DNA of 64,000 bases from Eledone cirrhosa. Taxonomy: Eukaryota. Under the pieces are notes generated by a model. The model searched no databases. It saw only the letters and a program-made list of their open reading frames with translations, and was not told the origin of the DNA. The position numbers and the translations under genes are program-made. Shown here piece after piece: positions 61,221 through 64,000 of the stretch (its first letter is position 1; each line of letters opens with the position of its first letter). The DNA is taken from assembly GCA_964016885.1 (NCBI GenBank), contig OZ024741.1:74338001-74402000 (forward strand), written 5' to 3'.

Positions 61221-63373
61221 GAAAAAAATCAATTGAAAAACTATCTTTGGTAAGAAAAGAAAAAAAAAATTGAGAATGTTTATGAAAAATGCTTTCTATT
61301 CAGTAGGAAACAGCAGATAAAAATATAGGGGAAAGAGTTTTTCACTGAATTCAGCAGTTAGTATTTTAGTAAAAAAAGCTATATGTTTTGTGGTACCAAC
61401 ATATATATGATGTAAAAATGAAACCCTCTAGAAGTTATTTTTTTTACTGGTTTCTTTAGACTGTGGTCATACAGGGGTAACACCATAAAGGGATTTACTT
61501 GATCATATCGATCTCTAGTGTTTATTTCTTTTTTCAGTTTGGTAGTTATTGTCAAGATACTGAGTTAAATGTCATCAGCACAAATACAAAAGTAAACACA
61601 GACACACACATATATATGGGCTTCTACACAGTTTCTGCCTACTAAATTTCATTCATGAGGCATTAAAAAGAAGTCAGATACTTATTTTATCAATGTTTTT
61701 TGTTGAACCACTATGTTATAGGCAAACACTCACACACATATGTCATTTGTATGAAATCCTTAGGAATATCAGATAACGTTGGTCCTGTAGAAGTAATTTC
61801 TGTATGAAATAAATATGTACCTTCTCAAATAATGTATTAAGTACCTTATTTAAACTGTAGTTCCTACATATTTTGTGGAAAGTCTGGAGAAACATTTCAG
61901 ACTACTTATTTCAGATTTTCAGTTTCTGATAAAAGTGGAATTATTTAATCTGTACAGAAGTGCTGGTGCCAGTGCACTCTGTAAAGTGGTTGGCATTGGA
62001 TACCATGTCAAGACATGAAACATACAAGTAAGACGTAGTTATCTGATCTGTCTTAACTCAGACCATAACCACCCATCCAAACCACTCCAGCATGGGAAAT
62101 GGATGTAGAATGTTAATGATGATGATTATCATATTTCTAATGAAAAACATTGCTTATGATTTTGAAAATAATCATGAACTTGGATGGATTTAATAATATA
62201 ACTAACTTTGTCATTAAGCTGGAACATAAAGGTTCATACATAGAGTCATGATGGAAGTGTTTTCTGATAAATATGAAAACTTAGATCATGGCATACACAC
62301 AATTTTGAATTTTAAGGGGGTTATATTTAGGTAATTAAAACTATTAACCAGAAAAAAAGTCAATAAAATAACATTAATTAATCTACCACTACTGTTTACA
62401 AAATCTTTGTTTAACCCTTTTGATATGAAACTATCTGAAACCACCCTTGCATCTACAATACAGAACAGTTTTTTTAAGTGTTTGTATAAATCTAAAACCT
62501 TCCATGATAATTTTATGTAAGAACCTTTAAGTTATTTTTAATAATGAGGAAGTTAGTTATATTACTAAACCTTTCCAAATTCTTGAATATTTTCAAAATT
62601 ATCTGAAAAACATAAGCAATAAATCTAGAAATGGTAATGGAGGGGTTAAACAAAACACTACAAAATATTTATGTCTCTAGTTGCTTTATCATGATGATGA
62701 TCTTTATTTTTATGACCCTTTGTGTTCTGAGTTCAAATCCCGCCGAGGTTAACTTTGCCTTTCATCTTTATGGGGTCGATAAAATAAAGCAGCAGTAATA
62801 CACTGGAGTAATTGCTGGCCTTGTGCCAAAAGTAGAAACAATTATTTTTACATCCGCCTTTCCATGCTTCCATGGGTTAGATGTATCCTTTCCAGCACAG
62901 CCTTCCTCCACTCATAGTGTTCCCTCATCATCGCCATTGTGATGTTCACTAATTGGAAATCACCTCTAACCACCTCTATGGATATATTTTCATCTCAAAC
63001 AAATAATTGTTTCATATGTGAGTGTGTGTAATGACTGAAATCAGTAAAAGAATGTATGCATGCTTGTACATAGTCACACTTACACACACTGTTGCTATTT
63101 GTAATATATTTAGTCAAGACTTTATTTCTTTCCTGATTGCTAGATTGCCAATGTGGCTATGTCATTTTTGAGCTACTCACTTGCTTTGTCAATGTTAATG
63201 TGAATTATAGAATACATATATCCATTTATTTTCATATTTTTAATTTATTTGAAAACTTGATAGAGGTCACTGTCCTTTAACCCTTTCATTACCATAATGA
63301 AACACACTGCTAATGATTTTCAATTAATTTTGAAAATTATAAAATATTTGGATAGATTTAGTAATATAACTTT

Positions 63374-63687
63374 TTCATTTCCTTCACAATTTTATGTCAA
63401 AACCTTTGTTATGTCATGCACTGACTTAATAATTGTTTCCACTTTTGGCACATGGCCAGCAATTATCCAGTGCATTACTGGTACTTTATTTTATTAAGGA
63501 TGAAAGGCAAAGTTAATCTCGCTGAGGTTAACTTTGCCTTTCATCCTTATGGGGTCGATAAAATAAAGTACCAGTAATGCACTGAGTAATTGCTGGCCTT
63601 GTGCCAAAAGTAGAAACAATTATTAAGTTGGTGTTTGGAGCATGACATAACAAAGGTTTTGACATAAAATTACAAAGGAAAAATGAA
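63374..63687. repeat. Fold-back duplication of a SINE A 3' half plus flanking MITE sequence
   Basis: Centre AAGTTAATCTC-GCT-GAGGTTAACTT (~63522); symmetry extends beyond the SINE tails into CATGACATAACAAAGGTTTTGACATAAAATT. Confidence 0.8.
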
Positions 63688-64000
63688 TAGTTTTGTATCG
63701 TGGAACCAAGGGCAGCTTAGTTTGAAAAGAGTTAACATAAATGATAGAATATATATTGTTTTTTTTTAAATTTATTAGAAAACTTGATGTCACTGTCCTT
63801 TAACATTGAATTGAATTTTACTCAATAAACACTGACACTATATTTCTCCAATATATTGTGCAAAAAACAGCTGAAGTATGCTAAAAATTTGAATCTTTAC
63901 AAAAACAGTACAGGGTTTAACCGAAGCTGTGAGAAATGTGCATGTAAACATACACATTATCATCACCATTTAACATCTATTTTCCATGTTTGCAAGGATT

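Overview
AT-rich, repeat-dense animal genomic DNA. The SINE, RTE and Penelope repertoire looks cephalopod (octopus-like); this is an inference from repeat style, not a database match. The whole window lies inside one large minus-strand gene, a type IV diacylglycerol kinase (DGKzeta/iota, rdgA-like). Four GT-AG exons (43065-42997, 23600-23568, 15808-15656, 1027-789) splice in frame to give the C1b domain, the basic MARCKS-like segment and the start of the catalytic domain. The 8 to >20 kb introns hold RTE LINEs (one near full length), a CR1-clade fragment fused to an RTE tail, Dong/R4-like fragments in (AAT)n, a Penelope-like element (probably Naiad-type), two tRNA-derived SINE families, Tc1/mariner, pogo-like and TTAA-flanked MITE remnants, and mini/microsatellites. 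The most striking feature not explained by the ORF track is a set of short fold-back (palindromic) inserts in (TA)n tracts. They carry minimal hammerhead ribozyme motifs, either one per arm (so one per strand) or a folded-back half. Several solo hammerheads are also present, and some of the hairpins lie close to DGK exons.
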